Positions 1 to 15,810 are shown, counted from the first letter of the stretch. The stretch: 64,000 bases of DNA from the human T2T-CHM13v2.0 reference genome, Homo sapiens (GCF_009914755.1 NC_060926.1), one strand, 5' to 3'. The notes: generated from the sequence alone by a model not told the origin. Made by a program: numbers and translations.

Positions 1-254
1 TGGGACGCCAAGGCAGGAGGATCACAAGGTCAGGAGTTTGAGACCAGCCTGGCCAATATGGTGAAACCCCGTCTCTACTAAAAATACAAAAAATATTAGC
101 CGGGCATGCTGGCGCATCCTTGTAATCCCACCTACTCAGGAGGCTGAGGCAGGAGAATTGCTTGAACCTGGGAGGTGGAGGTTGCAGTAAGCCGAGATCT
201 TGCCACTGCAGTCCAGACTGGGCGACAGAGTGAGCCTCCATCTCAAAAAAAAAA
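1..254 (+). mobile_element. Alu (AluS-type), cut by window start
   Basis: B box, TACTAAAAATACAAAA linker, right arm and poly(A). Confidence 0.95.
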
Positions 255-519
255 GATCTAGTCTCAGAAGTCGCATACCATAATTTATGCAAGTCCTATT
301 AGTTACATAGGTAGGCATATTCAGTAGGAGATGGGACAAAAAAAGAGAGGAATAGGGACTACTACTGGTGGCCACCTTGAAGCCTGGCTATCACAGTATG
401 TCCCCAGAGCCCCATTTGTTCATGTCCCCAACATGCATAATATATTTCCTCCTGTCCAGACTCTTCCAGCAGTCTCATACCTTTATATCATTGATTCAAA
501 ATCCTGCCACCTAAATCAT

Positions 520-835
520 CTAACCATGAATGAATGGAGTGTCATTTACTGAGATGAGTAAAACTAGAGTAGAAACAACTTTAGTGGGGAATATTAAGTG
601 AAGATTTAGGTATGTTAAGTATGAGATGTCTATTGAACTGCAAGTAGAAATTTCAAGTGTACAACTTAATGTGCAAAACTTGGGTTCAGAGAAAACACCT
701 GGACTAGATGTATAAATTTTGGAGTTTTTGGTGTATGGGTAACAAAATTTAAATTAGGATAAATTCACCAGGGCAGTGAGTATACATAAAAATGAAAAGA
801 GGCTTTCCAACATTTGGATGTCAAGAAGATGAGGA
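520..835 (+). mobile_element. L2 fragment
   Basis: Degenerate similarity to L2 3' sequence (catttactgagatg...ggactagatgtataaattttggag). Confidence 0.5.
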
Positions 836-886
836 GGCACAAAAAAAGAAATACATGATATGATTGAAAAGGAATAATAGTTCCAT

Positions 887-1550
<664 letters not shown>

Positions 1551-2670
1551 TGCTTCCTGCAGTTTTTAATGTCACACAACCATTATGACTGTATTAGCTG
1601 CAAATTATATAGCCTCAGCCTAGCTTCTCAAAGGACCCAGTCTTATTCCTTGCTGACTAGGAGTCAGAAGCCAGAAGACTGTGCAATCTTCTCCTTGTGT
1701 TACCTTCTGGTCAGTGTCAGGTTCTTACACAAACAACAGAGGTCCTCTCTCTTTTAGTCTCCCCTCTACTTCCTTTTTCTATCCCTTTCTCCCCAGGGTC
1801 TCTGGCTCATTTTACCTCCACTCTTTTTATTTGCACCAGTTATTCCTGTTTGCTCTTCAAACTTTTCTCAGTGGAGCATGCTGAGGTATTCTTAACTAGA
1901 ATGACATGTTTTCATTGATGTCACTGCACCTGCCACCATCATGGCAGGCTGTACCTTCAAGGACTTTCCTCCGCATAGCACTCCCTGACAAAACATATCC
2001 ACCAAAGTCCCTTTGGAACCAGTCATAGGAAACTTCTAACTTTGGGAAAATTCCAGCACCACAGAGGCCAGCATGACAGATGACAGGAAGAGCAAGGCTG
2101 GACTCTACAGCTGCTAGCCTTCATATCCAGAGTCATGTCTGTGGTCCAACACCCCAGGGCTTGCCTGCTATGTGCCTATGTCACCGATTTGCCTTTCAAC
2201 CCTTCAGCCTTTCTGGAAGGAGCCAGATCCCAAGGGGATGTGTGTAGGCTTGGTTACTCTGACAGCTGCATTGTGTTCCTCCTTTTCCTGTATCTTATCA
2301 AAAGCAGGGTGATGTGAGCAAGGCACATGGGCATGCTGATTGTTTAGGGCATGTACTCAGAGATGTGTGTCAATCCACAGGGCTGCTCTGTCTAGCCTGA
2401 TGTTTCTCAGTGGGAGCTCTATTAGCAATTTGGGCAAGACAGTTCTTCATTGTGTGAGACTGTCCCAAACACTACAGGATACCTAATATCCCTGTCACAC
2501 TCCCACCAAAACACTAGTAGCACCCACCAATCATTGTGACGACTGGTAGCTGCCTTGTGCTTCCCTACACAGTCCTGGTCCAAGTAGAGCAGCTCCAGGA
2601 TGACCTCCCTTTGGCTACTATTGTGCTCCTCTCCTCAGCATTATTTTTATCTTTGAGAATAAGAAACTCA

Positions 2671-3238
2671 TGCAATAGGCAGAATTCTGAAGATTCCCAT
2701 CTCCTGGTTATTAAATCAAACATTTAATCTAAGTTCTGCTTTGGACTTGTGGATGCAATTAAGGTGACTAGCTGAATTTAAAGTGGGGAGATTATCCTGG
2801 ATTATCTGAGTGGGCCCAGTGTAATCATGTGAGTCCTTAAAAGCAGCCGCAGAAGGCAGAAGAGTCAGTCAGAGAGACGGGCAGAAGGGGAAGTCAGGGA
2901 CACTTGAAGCATAAGAAGGACTCAACCTGCCATTGCTGAACAGGAGATGCATATGGAAAGCATGAGAAGGAAGGCAGCAGCCTCTGGGAGAAAAGATCAG
3001 TCCATACTGGCAGCCAGCAAGGAAGCAAGCACTTCAGTCCTACACCCACAAGGAAGTGAATCTGGCCGACAATGTGAATGAGCTTGGAAGCAGATTCATC
3101 CCCAGAGCCTCTAGAATGGAATCCAGACCTACCAACACCTTGATTTCAGCCTCATGAGGGTCTAAGCAGAGGACCCAGCAGAACCATGCTGTACCTGGAC
3201 TTCCAACCCACAGAACTGTGATTTAATAAATGGCTGTT
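2671..3238 (+). mobile_element. MaLR LTR (MLT1D/E-like)
   Basis: GGAGATTATCCTGGATTATC...GGGCCCAGTGTAATCA and ACACCTTGATTTCAGCC...CAGAACTGTGA...AATAAATG motifs. Confidence 0.8.
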
Positions 3239-5040
3239 ACCTCCTTGTAAGGAAATGTCTCCTTATTTATTGAACTAAGATTTTCACTCTGTTCCTTTCA
3301 CCATCAGACCTAATTTTATTTCTTGTAGCCATGTAGACTGACACTGCTATAGATTGAAGGCTATATCTGAGTCTTCTCCTCTTTGAACCAAAGATTCCCT
3401 GGGCATTCTCTACCCTGGTTACTTTTCTGTAAATGTATTTTATCTTGTTTAGGTCCCTGGATTTATATTCTAGATAATGGGGAATTTAATGACAAAATAA
3501 GTGTTCAGAAAGCCCTTACTACTCTGAGGTGTCTTACTCTTGCATTATAAAAAGAAATTTTCTATCTTTATCACCAAAGAGAAACATCGTTTTCTGGATC
3601 ATTGACCATTCTATTGTCCATAGTAGAAAAGCATCATTTAGAATGACCTGGAATTGAGGAAAATGAAGTAGAAAATTGTCAGGAAGCTTTCACAAGTATG
3701 AATCTGTGTGAACATTATTATAGGTTGTGATACTTAATGAGGATTAAAATTCGATGCTTAGGAAGCTGAAGAAATTTTGCTGAGTGAAATAAGCTCAGCA
3801 AAAAGCAGCCGCATCTGGGAATTAGGATATTGTATTCCATCTGTCCAGCTGGGCTTCTGATTAGAATCAGTTTCCTTGGTTGGTTCTTGGAACATGGGGC
3901 AGGACCAAAGCCTTTGCCAAGATATCAGGGAAGGCAGGTGGGGCCGATTATTGTCATGATCCTCAACTGACAGCTCCTGAAAGCTTCCAGCAGCATGATT
4001 CATGACTGACTAGAACAAAAATGGACAAAAGGAGAAGCAACATCCTTATAATGGGAGCAACAGGGGGAAGAACATTTGAGTCTTCATTAAAATTACTGAG
4101 TATGCCATAAAAAGTGACTTTAAAGATACGCAGACATAAGGAAATCATGGCTATTGGGAATACTTTGGAAAGTGACCAAAACAAACAAACAAACAAACTA
4201 GATTCAATAACTAGGAAGTGAGTAGTTATCTTGTTTGCTTTGTATTGCAATTGAACCATTTCCAGTTTCACACATACAGGGGTATTTTCCTCAATTAAAT
4301 TTTAGCACTTTTGGAAGAATGGTTACATCTTATGATTTCTTTGAATAAGATAAATAGCATGTTCTCAGAAACTCTTAATTAATTGAACTGAATGAAATTG
4401 CCTGTTGACTGGCTGAATAATGAATAAAATCATTGTTGTTCTAATTAGAATACAAGTCCTTTGGGAGAAAGCTAGATTGAGTTGGAAGAAACCATATGTT
4501 CCCGATTCCTCCATCCTTCCAGATTAAATGACCTACAGCCCTGGGGTTTTTTCAAAGTGTGGCTAAAAGACTTCTACAATAGAATTGTCTGGAGATGCTT
4601 GCTAAAAATGAAGAATTCTATACCCTACTGCCCTAGACCCACTGAATCTGGAAGAGAGGGGTATTTGCCTTTTTCTAAAATTAAAGCACAATTTACATAC
4701 AACTAAACGCACAGATTTTAAGTGCACCTTTCAATGGGATTCAACAAATGTATATAATCCACCACCTCAACCAAAACTTCCATCACTCTAGAAAGTTTCC
4801 ATAGGCCCCTTTCCAGCCAGTCACCCACCCTCCCAGAAGTGACTACTGTTCTGATTTCTCTCACACTTGTATACTCTTTTGAGCCAGGCTTCTTTCACTT
4901 AACATAATGGTTTTGAGAGTCATCCATGTTGTTATAGATATTAATTGTTCTTTCTCATTGCTAAGTAATATTCCACTGTGCTACATATGGAATATGCTAC
5001 AATTTGTTCATACAACCACCTGCCGAGGGGCATTTGGGTG

Positions 5041-5806
5041 TGTGTTAGTTTTTTAGGCTGTATAACCAATTATCACAAACATAGCAGCTTAAAACAACAT
5101 ACATTTGCAGTTTGAGTCTCCCTTATCTGAAATGTCTGGGACCAGAAGTGTTTTGAGTTTTGGATTTTTTTCAGATTTAGGAGTATTTGCATTATACTTA
5201 CTGGTTAAACATCCCAAATCCAAAATACAAAATGCTCCAATGAGCATTTCCTTTGAGCATCTTGTTGAGCAAAAAGTTTTGGATTTTGGAGCATTTCAGA
5301 TTGGGTTTTCAGACTTAGGACGTCCAATCTACATTAGCTCACAATTTCCATGGCTTGGAGCTGAGGCATGGCTTAGTCTGGTCTTCTGCCAGGGTCTCGC
5401 AAAGCTGCAACCACAGTGTCAGCAAGCTCCATTACTATCTGGAGCTCGAAGTCCTCTTCCAAGTTCACATGGTTGTTGGCAGAATTCAGGTCTTTTCAGT
5501 TGTAGTACTGTGGATCTTGGCTTTGTACTGGCTGTCAGCTGGAGGCTGCCCTCTGTAGTTCCCTGCCACGTGGCCTTTTCCAAGGGCAGCTTACAACATA
5601 GCTGTTTAATTCTTCAAGGCCAGCAGTAAAGTCTCTCTCTCCAGCCTGCTAAAATGGAGTCTTATATATGTAACATAATCGTAGGCATATGACATTTCAT
5701 CACCTTTGCTATATTGGTTAGGAGCAAGTCACAAGTTCCACCCACACTCGAGGGGATTATACAGGCTGTGAATTTTTGGGAGGCCACCTTAGGGTGTGTC
5801 CACCGG
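5041..5806 (-). mobile_element. MLT1 LTR inserted in L1M, itself split by Tigger4a
   Basis: TGTGTTAGTT...GCTTAAAACAACATACATT continues after 5331 as ATTAGCTCACAATTTCC. Confidence 0.7.
5108..5331. mobile_element. Tigger4a/MER46-like MITE
   Basis: CAGTTTGAGTCTCCCTTATCTGAAATG...CATCCCAAATCCAAAATACAAAATGCTCCAA, with internal inverted repeats. Confidence 0.75.
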
Positions 5807-6965
5807 AAGGTATTTTGCATTCTCAGCAATTATGAATATTAGCGCACAACTCTTTGTGTGAACATATGCTTTCACTTATTTTGAGTAAACACCTAGGAGC
5901 GGAATTGCTTGATCACAGGGTAGGCGTATGTGTAACTTTGTAAGAAAATGCCAAACCGTTTTTCAAAAAGTTTGTGCAGTTTTATGCTCGTATCAGCAAT
6001 GGAATAAACGTCTCAGCTGCTCCACATCTTCACCAATATTTGCTGTTGTCTGTCTTTGTCATTTTAGCCACTTTCTACTGATGTGAAATGTGCATTTTTA
6101 ATATGCTCTGTGGGTGCTTCTTTCACATCTTCCACCACTGCTTTTTAGAAGTGAGTCATAGAGAAACTGCCTGAGACTGCTCAGCTCTTGCTATGAGTCC
6201 CTCAGAAGTCAGTCCCCAAACCTAACTGATCAACCTGATTCACAGGGAGCATTTGTTAAGAACATGGACTCTGGGGCCTATTCCAGACCTCCTGAATGAG
6301 CATCTTCAGGATTATAAATTGGGAATCTATTTTCCAAAAACCCTCAAGGTGATTATTTGAATTGCTGGAGCTTGGAACCATTGCCTTCACTACTTCAAGA
6401 CACAAAAGTGTCTCTAGTGTGCTCCTCACACAGAGAACATGTCCATAAAGTGGGGCTAGGACCCTGCGATGGCACCACAGCTGTCCCTGCTTGTAACATT
6501 GAAGAATTGTAAGTTGAACCATTGTATAGAGACCATCTATACAATTAAATTGTTTCCAGTTTTTTATTCTTGATAACAATGCTGCAGCCAATAGCTTTAA
6601 ACATTTTCTTTTATGCTGATGTGCATAGGATAATTTCTTGAAAGTCAGGTTGCTTATTCAAAGAGGTAGGGCTTCTTTAATAACATCCATTAGCATATTA
6701 GTGCTTATTTGCTTATTTGTTTCTTCTTATGTTAATGACATAACTTCATGGGAGAAAAGAAGTTGGGGGAATTACAGCTCAGGTGTTTAGCTTTGCTAGT
6801 AAGACTTGTATTTCTTATTTTCATCTCCAAATGTAACTCAATCATTCCAAGTCATATTCCCTTTCAATTTTCAGGAAGACATTAAATTTCTTTAAGAAGT
6901 AATTCATATAAAAATACTTGTTGAGTACATATTATATGCCTATCAGGCTCTGTGACATGATGTGA

Positions 6966-7410
<445 letters not shown>

Positions 7411-7788
7411 CAGGATTCTTATTCTCTAACCTTCGTTTTGTTAAAAACACATTCATATGAATAGACATTCATGCATTCCTCTCTGATTAACAGTCTTTCC
7501 CCCTCAGGCCAGATCCAGGGTAGTTACCTCTCTAGGATGAAACATTCAGGAGGACTGCTCAATCCCTTGCTGCCACTGCAGTGAGAAAGATAGAGGAACG
7601 GACGAACAGGAGGACAGGGGCATATGGCCAGCTACACATTCGAATGCCTGTGGTGAACAGTTGATGGGTTGTAGAGTAAGAATCAGGAGAGCCCTAGCTG
7701 TGCTGCTAGTTGATTTCTTTGGGGTTGCATACCTCTGCCTCTTCCACCGGAAAAAATAAAATATCAGTGTCTCAACAACCTATAGATA

Positions 7789-8131
7789 GAGGGTGTCCAA
7801 AATGTGTGGGGACATAAGACAAACCTGTTTTTAAATGGTATGCTCAATAGTCTCTTTTTTCAATCTCCAGACAGCTTTTCAAGTAAAATTCTTCTAAATT
7901 TCAGTATATACTACAGAGGGTTCACAAAAGTCTGGACACAGAGAAAACAAGTACTTACTGTATTTTTTCAAATGGACAATTGGACTCATTGCTTTAAGTT
8001 GAGAAGTTCTTCACCTGAAAAGGTGTCTGGAGAATGAAGAAAAATAGATTGAGCACAGTATTGGAAAATATAACTGACATACTGTTTAAACATAAATTTG
8101 TCCTATGTTGTCCAACTTTTCAAACACCCTG
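7789..8131. mobile_element. Old Tc1/mariner-type non-autonomous element with long inverted repeats
   Basis: TA-GAGGGTGTCCAAAA... at the left end and ...TTTTCAAACACCCTG-TA at the right end; arms complementary over ~115 bp. Confidence 0.65.
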
Positions 8132-9944
8132 TACATTGTCCATTTAACCCTCAAAGCAAGTATGGTTGCTGAGGTCAGGGAGGTTACACAAGTTGCCCAA
8201 GGTCTCCCAAAGACTCAGTAGCAGAACCATGATTTAAACTTCACATATCTGAGGCCCAAGCTCACCTGCTTTCTCCTTCAGGGCATCACCTCTGAGCTCA
8301 GACCACCATACAGTGTTATTGTAAGACCACAGTACCTTCCTGACACCTTGATTGCAGCCTGATTCTATTCAGCAACAGGCTCATCTCTTAACATTGTGGG
8401 CTTCAGGAACCTTTTTGAGACACGAATGAAAGTTATGGACTCCTCTCTAGACAATTGGAATTTTGTGTTCCATAGTAAGGCATACACAAGACCCCAAAAT
8501 CTAACCCTAGGCCCCTTTGGGGATTACAGACCCAGGTAAAGAATCATTTCTTTTGGCTGTAGAGTTCTGAAAGACAAAGTCTAGACCTTATGTTCAGGTG
8601 CCTTAGAAACTGTTGGAGGGAATGTAAGGAGCCAGTGAAGCAGAGAGGAAGGAAGGGAAAACCCTTCCAATAATAAGGATGCTATGGAACATCATAAGGC
8701 TCAAGCAATGATATTAATAGTTCTCTTTCCTTTCAGCAGAGCCATGTAATTATAAAGGACACTCATGAGGCAGTAGCTGTCGGTGCTCCACTTCTTATCT
8801 GTGTTGCTACCACAGCCTGTGAGCACATGAATGTGTACCCATACATGCACTCCAACCTGAACCTTTCTTGGAGTTAGAGACACAAGGAAGGACAGCAACA
8901 TATGCATTTGGGTCTGTTCCATGGGATACCCAGGAGGCTTAAAAGCTATTTTCTACCTCCTATGTAAATAGAAACTGACCCCTTCTTTGAGGTGCTGGCC
9001 ATATTTGATGTCAGAATTTTTTCATATTGCTGAGAATCAGAATGATCTATCATTATGTATAATTTCCTAGGAAAGGGTTGCAATATTATACCAAGCTTCA
9101 AAGCACTTTTGAGTATAGAATGTTCACTCCCTTCAAGCCCAAGAAAGATGTTGGGAATGAATTAGTTTCCCTCAAATTTTCCTCCTGGGCACTCCTTTTC
9201 CCTCTCTCCCTCCTACCACCACCTGGCATCCCCTGCCATGCCCTACGCACCCCATTCTGATGGCTGTATTGCCCCTCTGGGAAGCATTTCTTACAAACAA
9301 AAATAAGCAAAGCACTCAGCTCATACAACATCTTCCATCCTTGCGTAAGGTTCTCATTCACTAATGAATGCCTCCCTGGGGCTTCAAGGGTTGTGAAGGC
9401 AAACATAGGCCTGGGGACCAAAAAGTGAATTATTGATCACTTGTGCACAAGCATCTTAATGAAGTGAGAACAAGCAATGAGCCCAACCCTTGGAAAGTCA
9501 TTTCCAAGCTGTATTGTCTGCCTTTTTAGTAAATGTGTTCTGTCCTTTGCCAGGTAAAGTAGACAGCTGCCCACAGAAAGAGATTTCTTGAGACACAAGG
9601 AGTGCATTCATTCATTCATTCAATAACTATGAGGACTTATTATGTAGTAGGTACTATGCAAAATGTGGTGGATGCCATGAGCTTATCATTTAATAGGAGA
9701 CACTTATGAGTGTCTGTACTAAAGGGAAACATAGGGGTCCTGGATGCAGGACTGCTTCCAGGCAAGATGCCAACAGTTGGGCCAGGGGTTGAAGACCTGT
9801 AGGAATTACCTGGAAGTGTCTGTGGGGAAGTAGAGGGCCTTAGAGAGGTCCTTCTAGGCAGAAAGAACAGAATAGGTGAAGACTTCAGAGGCAGAGGTGT
9901 GCCGAAGCCTGTTCGCACTGATGGGAAAAGGGGATTGTGGCCTT

Positions 9945-10093
9945 TCCTCCCAGCTCCGCATTCATGGATGTCACATTACTAGCTGGAAATCAGTCATGAT
10001 GAGGGTATTTACACAACAGAAATTGGCAAATATTGTCAGGGCATTTTTTTGCCCCTGAAGAGCGAGTTGATAAACACTTACCAACACCACTGC
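9945..10093. mobile_element. MER63-like hAT fragment
   Basis: Ends GTTGATAAACACTTACCAACACCACTG; related to the element at ~19753 in the opposite orientation. Confidence 0.55.
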
Positions 10094-10279
10094 CCAGAGG
10101 TGAGGTGACCAAAAGCACGGTAGCCTGGGGCAAACTGCCAGAAGGTCATCATGTCTGCTGTTTAATACCGAGAGTGGTTAGCAGAGACAGGGTGGCTGGG
10201 TGTGTCAACAGGGAGCAAGTCATGAAATGCCTCATAGCCACACAAAGGAATTTGGGAGTGATACTATCTTGCCAAGTTT

Positions 10280-10587
10280 GTTGTTTTTGTTTTTGTTGTT
10301 GTTGTTGTGATGGAGTTTTGCTCTTGTTGCCCAGGCTGGAGTGCAACAGTGCTATCTTGACTCACCGCAACCTGCACCTCCAGGGTTCAAGCGATTCTCC
10401 TGCCTCAGACTCCTGAGTAGCTGGGATTACAGGTATGTGCCACCGTGTCCAGCTAATTTTGTATTTTTAGTAGAGACGGGTTTTCTCCACGTTGGTCAGG
10501 CTGGTCTTGAACTCCCAACCTCAGGTGATCTGCCCTCTTCGGCCTCCCAAAATGCTGGGATTACAGGCATGAGCCATCGCACCCAGC
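10280..10587 (-). mobile_element. Alu (AluSp/Sq-like)
   Basis: Full dimer, (TTG)n tail, TSD TATCTTGCCAAGTTT. Confidence 0.95.
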
Positions 10588-11201
10588 TATCTTGCCAAGT
10601 TTTTGTGGTGGATATTTGTTGTTTATTCTTGACCAGCATCTATACCTCTTTCTTCTGGTATAAGCAGTCCAGTTTTCCTCTAAGGAACCATCCCCTTCTA
10701 CTTTTAGGTCTTATGGTTTCAGGGGTAGGTTTATAGCACAACTTTCGGTAATCTAGAAACTGTCTTATCTATAGTCACAGAGGTGCAATGCGAGCCAGCC
10801 TTGGGATTTGTGCTGGGGCTACAAGGAAAGAGACATGATTTTTCCACTGGGATGGCTAAATCTGGAACTGTTGGTGACCATCTTACCACCTTGAGCTAAG
10901 AGCCTACCTGGGACTGAAGCCAATAGTAAAGAAAGAACACCTGAGAGACTGAAAGAGACACATTCCTGATGATATTATTTGAGCACCTTGATTTAGTTGT
11001 AATCTAACTGGACTTCATTATACGAGACTAATATATTTTCTTTTCTGCTTCCGCTGGTTTGAGTTGGATTGCAGTCTTCTGAAACTGAAAAAGTCCTAAG
11101 GTAGTATCTGAAGTCCCAATCCTACTCCTCCCAATTCCTGCACTTTTTTTTTATTAAACATTATCTCTCTAGGAAGTGCCTCTTAAAATACAATTACATT
11201 A

Positions 11202-11377
11202 TGGGCTTGGTGGTGTGCACCTTAGTCCCAGCTACTCAGGAGGCTGAGGTGGGAGGATTGCCTGAGCTCAGGAAGTCAAGACTGCAGTGAACTAAGACCA
11301 TACCACTGCATTCCAGCCTTGTGGAGCAAGAAAAGAAAAGAAAAAAGAAAGAAATCAAAATTAAAAAAAAAAAAAAA
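11202..11377 (+). mobile_element. Alu monomer / AluJ right arm
   Basis: Single arm with A-rich tail; 19-bp TSD TTAAAATACAATTACATTA. Confidence 0.9.
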
Positions 11378-12212
11378 GTTTAAAATACAATTACATTAAA
11401 AGAATAAAATAATAAGAATATTATTTTAGCATAGATTGGCTAATGAGCAGAAAGCATGTGTGATAAACACACACACACTCACACACACAAGAACACAAAT
11501 GCATCCAAATCTGAATTAGCAGACTCTAGCATGAATAACCGAATAAATGACAATGACAAGGAAATTACTGCGTTCTTTTATTAAGAATCTTTGTTTGGTG
11601 TCTATGCACACCTAAGATAATTACCTAGCTTCAGCATTAAGTGAAGCACACACAACCTTATAATAGTTCCTTGGGCCTCAAGAGTGACAAACGGCAAGTT
11701 TCTGTGACAGCGACTTTAAGGGAAGAGAAAAGGCTTCCAGGAGACGGCTGGCACAGCCAAGAAGCCATTTCTGCCATTCTCCAAAGAGAAGCTGCCTGTC
11801 TTCATTAGAAACAATCAAACAATCTGCTTAGCTTTGGAATCAGGGCCACACAGGCACGGACACCACAGCACATAATTCTTGCAGTAAAAAATAACGGAGC
11901 TCTGTTGACACCCCAACAATCAGAGGTCTTGGGACTGAAAACTGCACCAAGACCCAAAGTGACTTAAGTTGCATAATATATTTGTAAGATAAATCAGCAA
12001 TCACAAAGCTCTAGGTAGAGGAAAGCTGTGGATAGGGGCTGCGTTCTAATCTGAGCCCTAATGAGCTGTGGGTCACTGCATGGGTCAGGACCTTAGTTCC
12101 CTACCTATAAAATTCTATTTGATTTTTACTCAGTTGGTTCTTCAGTTTCCTCACCTGTAACCCAAAGGGGTGGATCTCACTCTAAGATTTCTGAGGATCT
12201 TTTGATTCTAAC

Positions 12213-12271
12213 ATATATAATATATACACACACATATGTATATATATATACACACACATATATATATATAA
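12213..12271. repeat. (TA)n/(CA)n compound microsatellite
   Basis: Directly visible. Confidence 0.85.
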
Positions 12272-12384
12272 TGCTGTCTTTCTCAGCATGGTAGTCAGGG
12301 TCCCACAGGAAATAGAAGGCATGCTCTGGGAATTTGAAGAGATGTGGGTATAGTTAAGGGAACTAGCAAGGGACGTTGAGTGTA

Positions 12385-12942
12385 TCAGTTATCTATAGCC
12401 ACCTAACCAACTACACCAAAACTTAGTGGTATATGACTTCTCATGGCTCAGGAGGTTGAATGGGTTCAGCAGGGTAGTTCTCACCAGGGTGTCTCATGCA
12501 TTTGTAGTCAGACATTGGCTAGAACAAGAATCATCGGAAGGCCACCTATTCATATATCTGCACCTAGACGGGGAGGCTCACACAGGTGGAGCTGCAACAA
12601 CCAGCGTCCTCAGACAGAGCTCTCTCTCTATGTGGTCTCTCCATATGGTCTCTTGTCAGGGTAACTAGACTTCTTACATGGTGGCTGAAGGCTCTAAATG
12701 TGCATGTCCCAAGAGAGCTAGGAGAAAGGTTTACCTAAAGGAGATGACCTAGCCTTGGAAGCTACATTGCGTCCCTGCTATTGATTCTATTTGTCAAGGC
12801 CAACACAAAAGCCATCCCAGGTTCAAGGCGGGTGGAGGGGACAAAGATTCCACCTTTTGATGCAGCGATGTCAAGGTTCTTTAAGAGCAAGTAGGAGAAG
12901 AAATTCTATGGTTGTTCTTTTGGAAGAAACAATCTGCCACAT
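12385..12942 (-). mobile_element. MLT1-type LTR, degenerate
   Basis: CTAGACTTCTTACATGGTGGCTGAAGGCTC...GACCTAGCCTTGGAAG...ACAATCTGCCACA. Confidence 0.6.
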
Positions 12943-14569
12943 TGAGGCACCCAGGGCCTAGCAAGAGTGGAATGCTGTTATCACACCCAGCTTGGCCTGA
13001 AGGCCAAGGAGAGGAAATAGTGACAGCTGAACCAATGAAAGAGAGCAAACTGATAGGAGCTATAATCCTGAAGGTAAAGCCACTGGCTGACCACAGTATC
13101 AAGGGCAGGGAGAATGTGGGGTAAGAAATACTCCAACATCTCTATTCTCTGACTCTGATCTCCTGTAGATGCCTTCCATCAAGAAACTATAGGACAAAAT
13201 GGGCTTCATGAGGTGGTGTATATGGGTGTACCTCCCCCCAATCCAGGGTGCAGAGAAGGGCAGTGAAGGGTGGAGAACAGATGGAGGAAGGGTACAGATT
13301 AACCACCATATTTGCTGATGCCCTGAAATGACCACACATACTCACCTGAGAATTTTAAAATACAGCTAACTGATAAAAGCAACAACTCTTACTCTGTGGC
13401 TAATAATTCAAGGACAATTTGAAAAGTGCTATAAGATTCCATCTAAGACTTGCTCCAGACAATAAAAAATAAAGTGTTTCTCTAGAACTTCCTTAAGTAA
13501 GAAAGAAACCATACACCAAAGGAAAATCAGAGCATAAGCCACTAGTTTGATTACTGCATGGAAGGAACAGTAAAGGGTTGGAACTGAAGAGGAGGTTAAA
13601 GGTAAGAGGCACAAATTTATTTACCCAGCATATTTATATGGTGCCAACAATATACTTCATATTCTGAATGTATTTATTAAAGATGTCAGTATGGCACAGA
13701 AATAACAATTCAAAGCAAAAAATGGAATCTGGATCTAAAAATGAAAAAAAAAAGTCTTTGAAGTAAGTATTAGTATTCTTTTAACTGCCAAGGGCAGAAA
13801 ACAACCCTCTGGTTTTAACAAAAAGAGTATCATTGGCCCATGTTTCTGGAAAGTTCTGGTTAAGGCTGGCTTTAAGTATTGCTCAAAGGATATCACCAAC
13901 TCCCAGATCTCTGTTTTTCTCTTGAAGGGATAAATGTGCAGCCCCTAGGATCTGAATATGTGGGAACACAGCCCAACTTTATCACTTAGTATCTGTTATC
14001 AACATGGGTAGATCAGTTAACTTTTCTGTGCCTTGGTTTCTCCCTCTATTAAGTGGGAATCATAAGCATACCCTCCTCATGGAGGGTTGTGAGGATTATC
14101 TGCCATAAAGGCTTTTCCCCCACTTTTCAATAAGTTATGTTATTTTATAAAATAGCTCAAAAGAATTACATGAGGATATTCTAGGTAAATAAGCATTTCA
14201 ATTATGGTAGAAGAAAAAAATACATCTTAACATAAAGTCTTAAATTAGGTCTGCTAGTCAATATGGCAGGTTCAGAAACTCATCAATTGCTCTGAGAGAG
14301 GGTTCCAAGCAATGTAGCTTGCTGGGACTGGAAGAGGATTTGTTACTTTTGATTTGATCACTACTTTCTGATCTAACTGGGGGCAACAGACTGGTTGATG
14401 GCACCTAGTTCATGAACAGTCCTTGGTGACAAATGGAATAAGCTCTAATCATCCAAGTGTTGGCTTCCCCTGTGATTCTGTGTTTGTATTTGTATTGATT
14501 GGGTGGGGAATTACAAATTGAAGATCTTACAAGTTCACCCACAGCAGTGTTTATCAAAATGTTGGACCA

Positions 14570-14872
<303 letters not shown>

Positions 14873-15471
14873 TCACATCAGAATCACTCAGTGGTTGTTT
14901 ACAGTGATGAATCCTGGTTTCCATCCTAGAAATACTTGATGAGAATATTTGCAAGGGATCTGTATTAATAAGTACCAGGTGATTCTTATGTACTCTAAAG
15001 TGGAAGATCTTAAGAATACATAGTATTTTTCTCTTGTGCATTCATCATCAACTACATTTATTTATTCATTTATTTAACAAATATTTATTTGTGTCAGTCA
15101 CTGTCTGAGGTACTGAGGAATAATGTGGTCTGTAAGATCAACCAAGTCCCTGCTCTCAAGGGGCTTATACTCTGGGGGATGGAGGAGAAGAGAGGCAATA
15201 CTTTATAAAACAAACAATATAATTTTGGCTAATAAGAACTATGGAGGAAATAAAGTGATGTGAGTTGGGGGCAACTGGCTCAGTGGTTTCTTTAGATCGA
15301 ATAGTCAATAAAAGCTCAAGGTGGTGTAAACATTTCAGTTGAAAGACGTGCAGTATGATATTCTTTCCCCTGTTTATTCATGCTCAGGATAAAGTACACA
15401 CACATATATATATACACATGAATTATAGTCCTGTTAGACAAACTGAATGAAAAAATTTAATATTAGTTTAA

Positions 15472-15810
<339 letters not shown>

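Larger units (their letters stand above)
4668..6087 (-). mobile_element. Old L1M 3' fragment interrupted by MLT1 and Tigger
   Basis: L1M 3'-end motifs at 4668-5040 resume at ~5810 (ACCTAGGAGCGGAATTGCTTGATC...TGCCAAACCGTTTTTCAAAA). Confidence 0.7.

Noticed and set aside
5105-5629. 174-aa ORF
   Set aside because: Spans a Tigger/MLT1 junction, has a non-ATG start and no recognisable domain.
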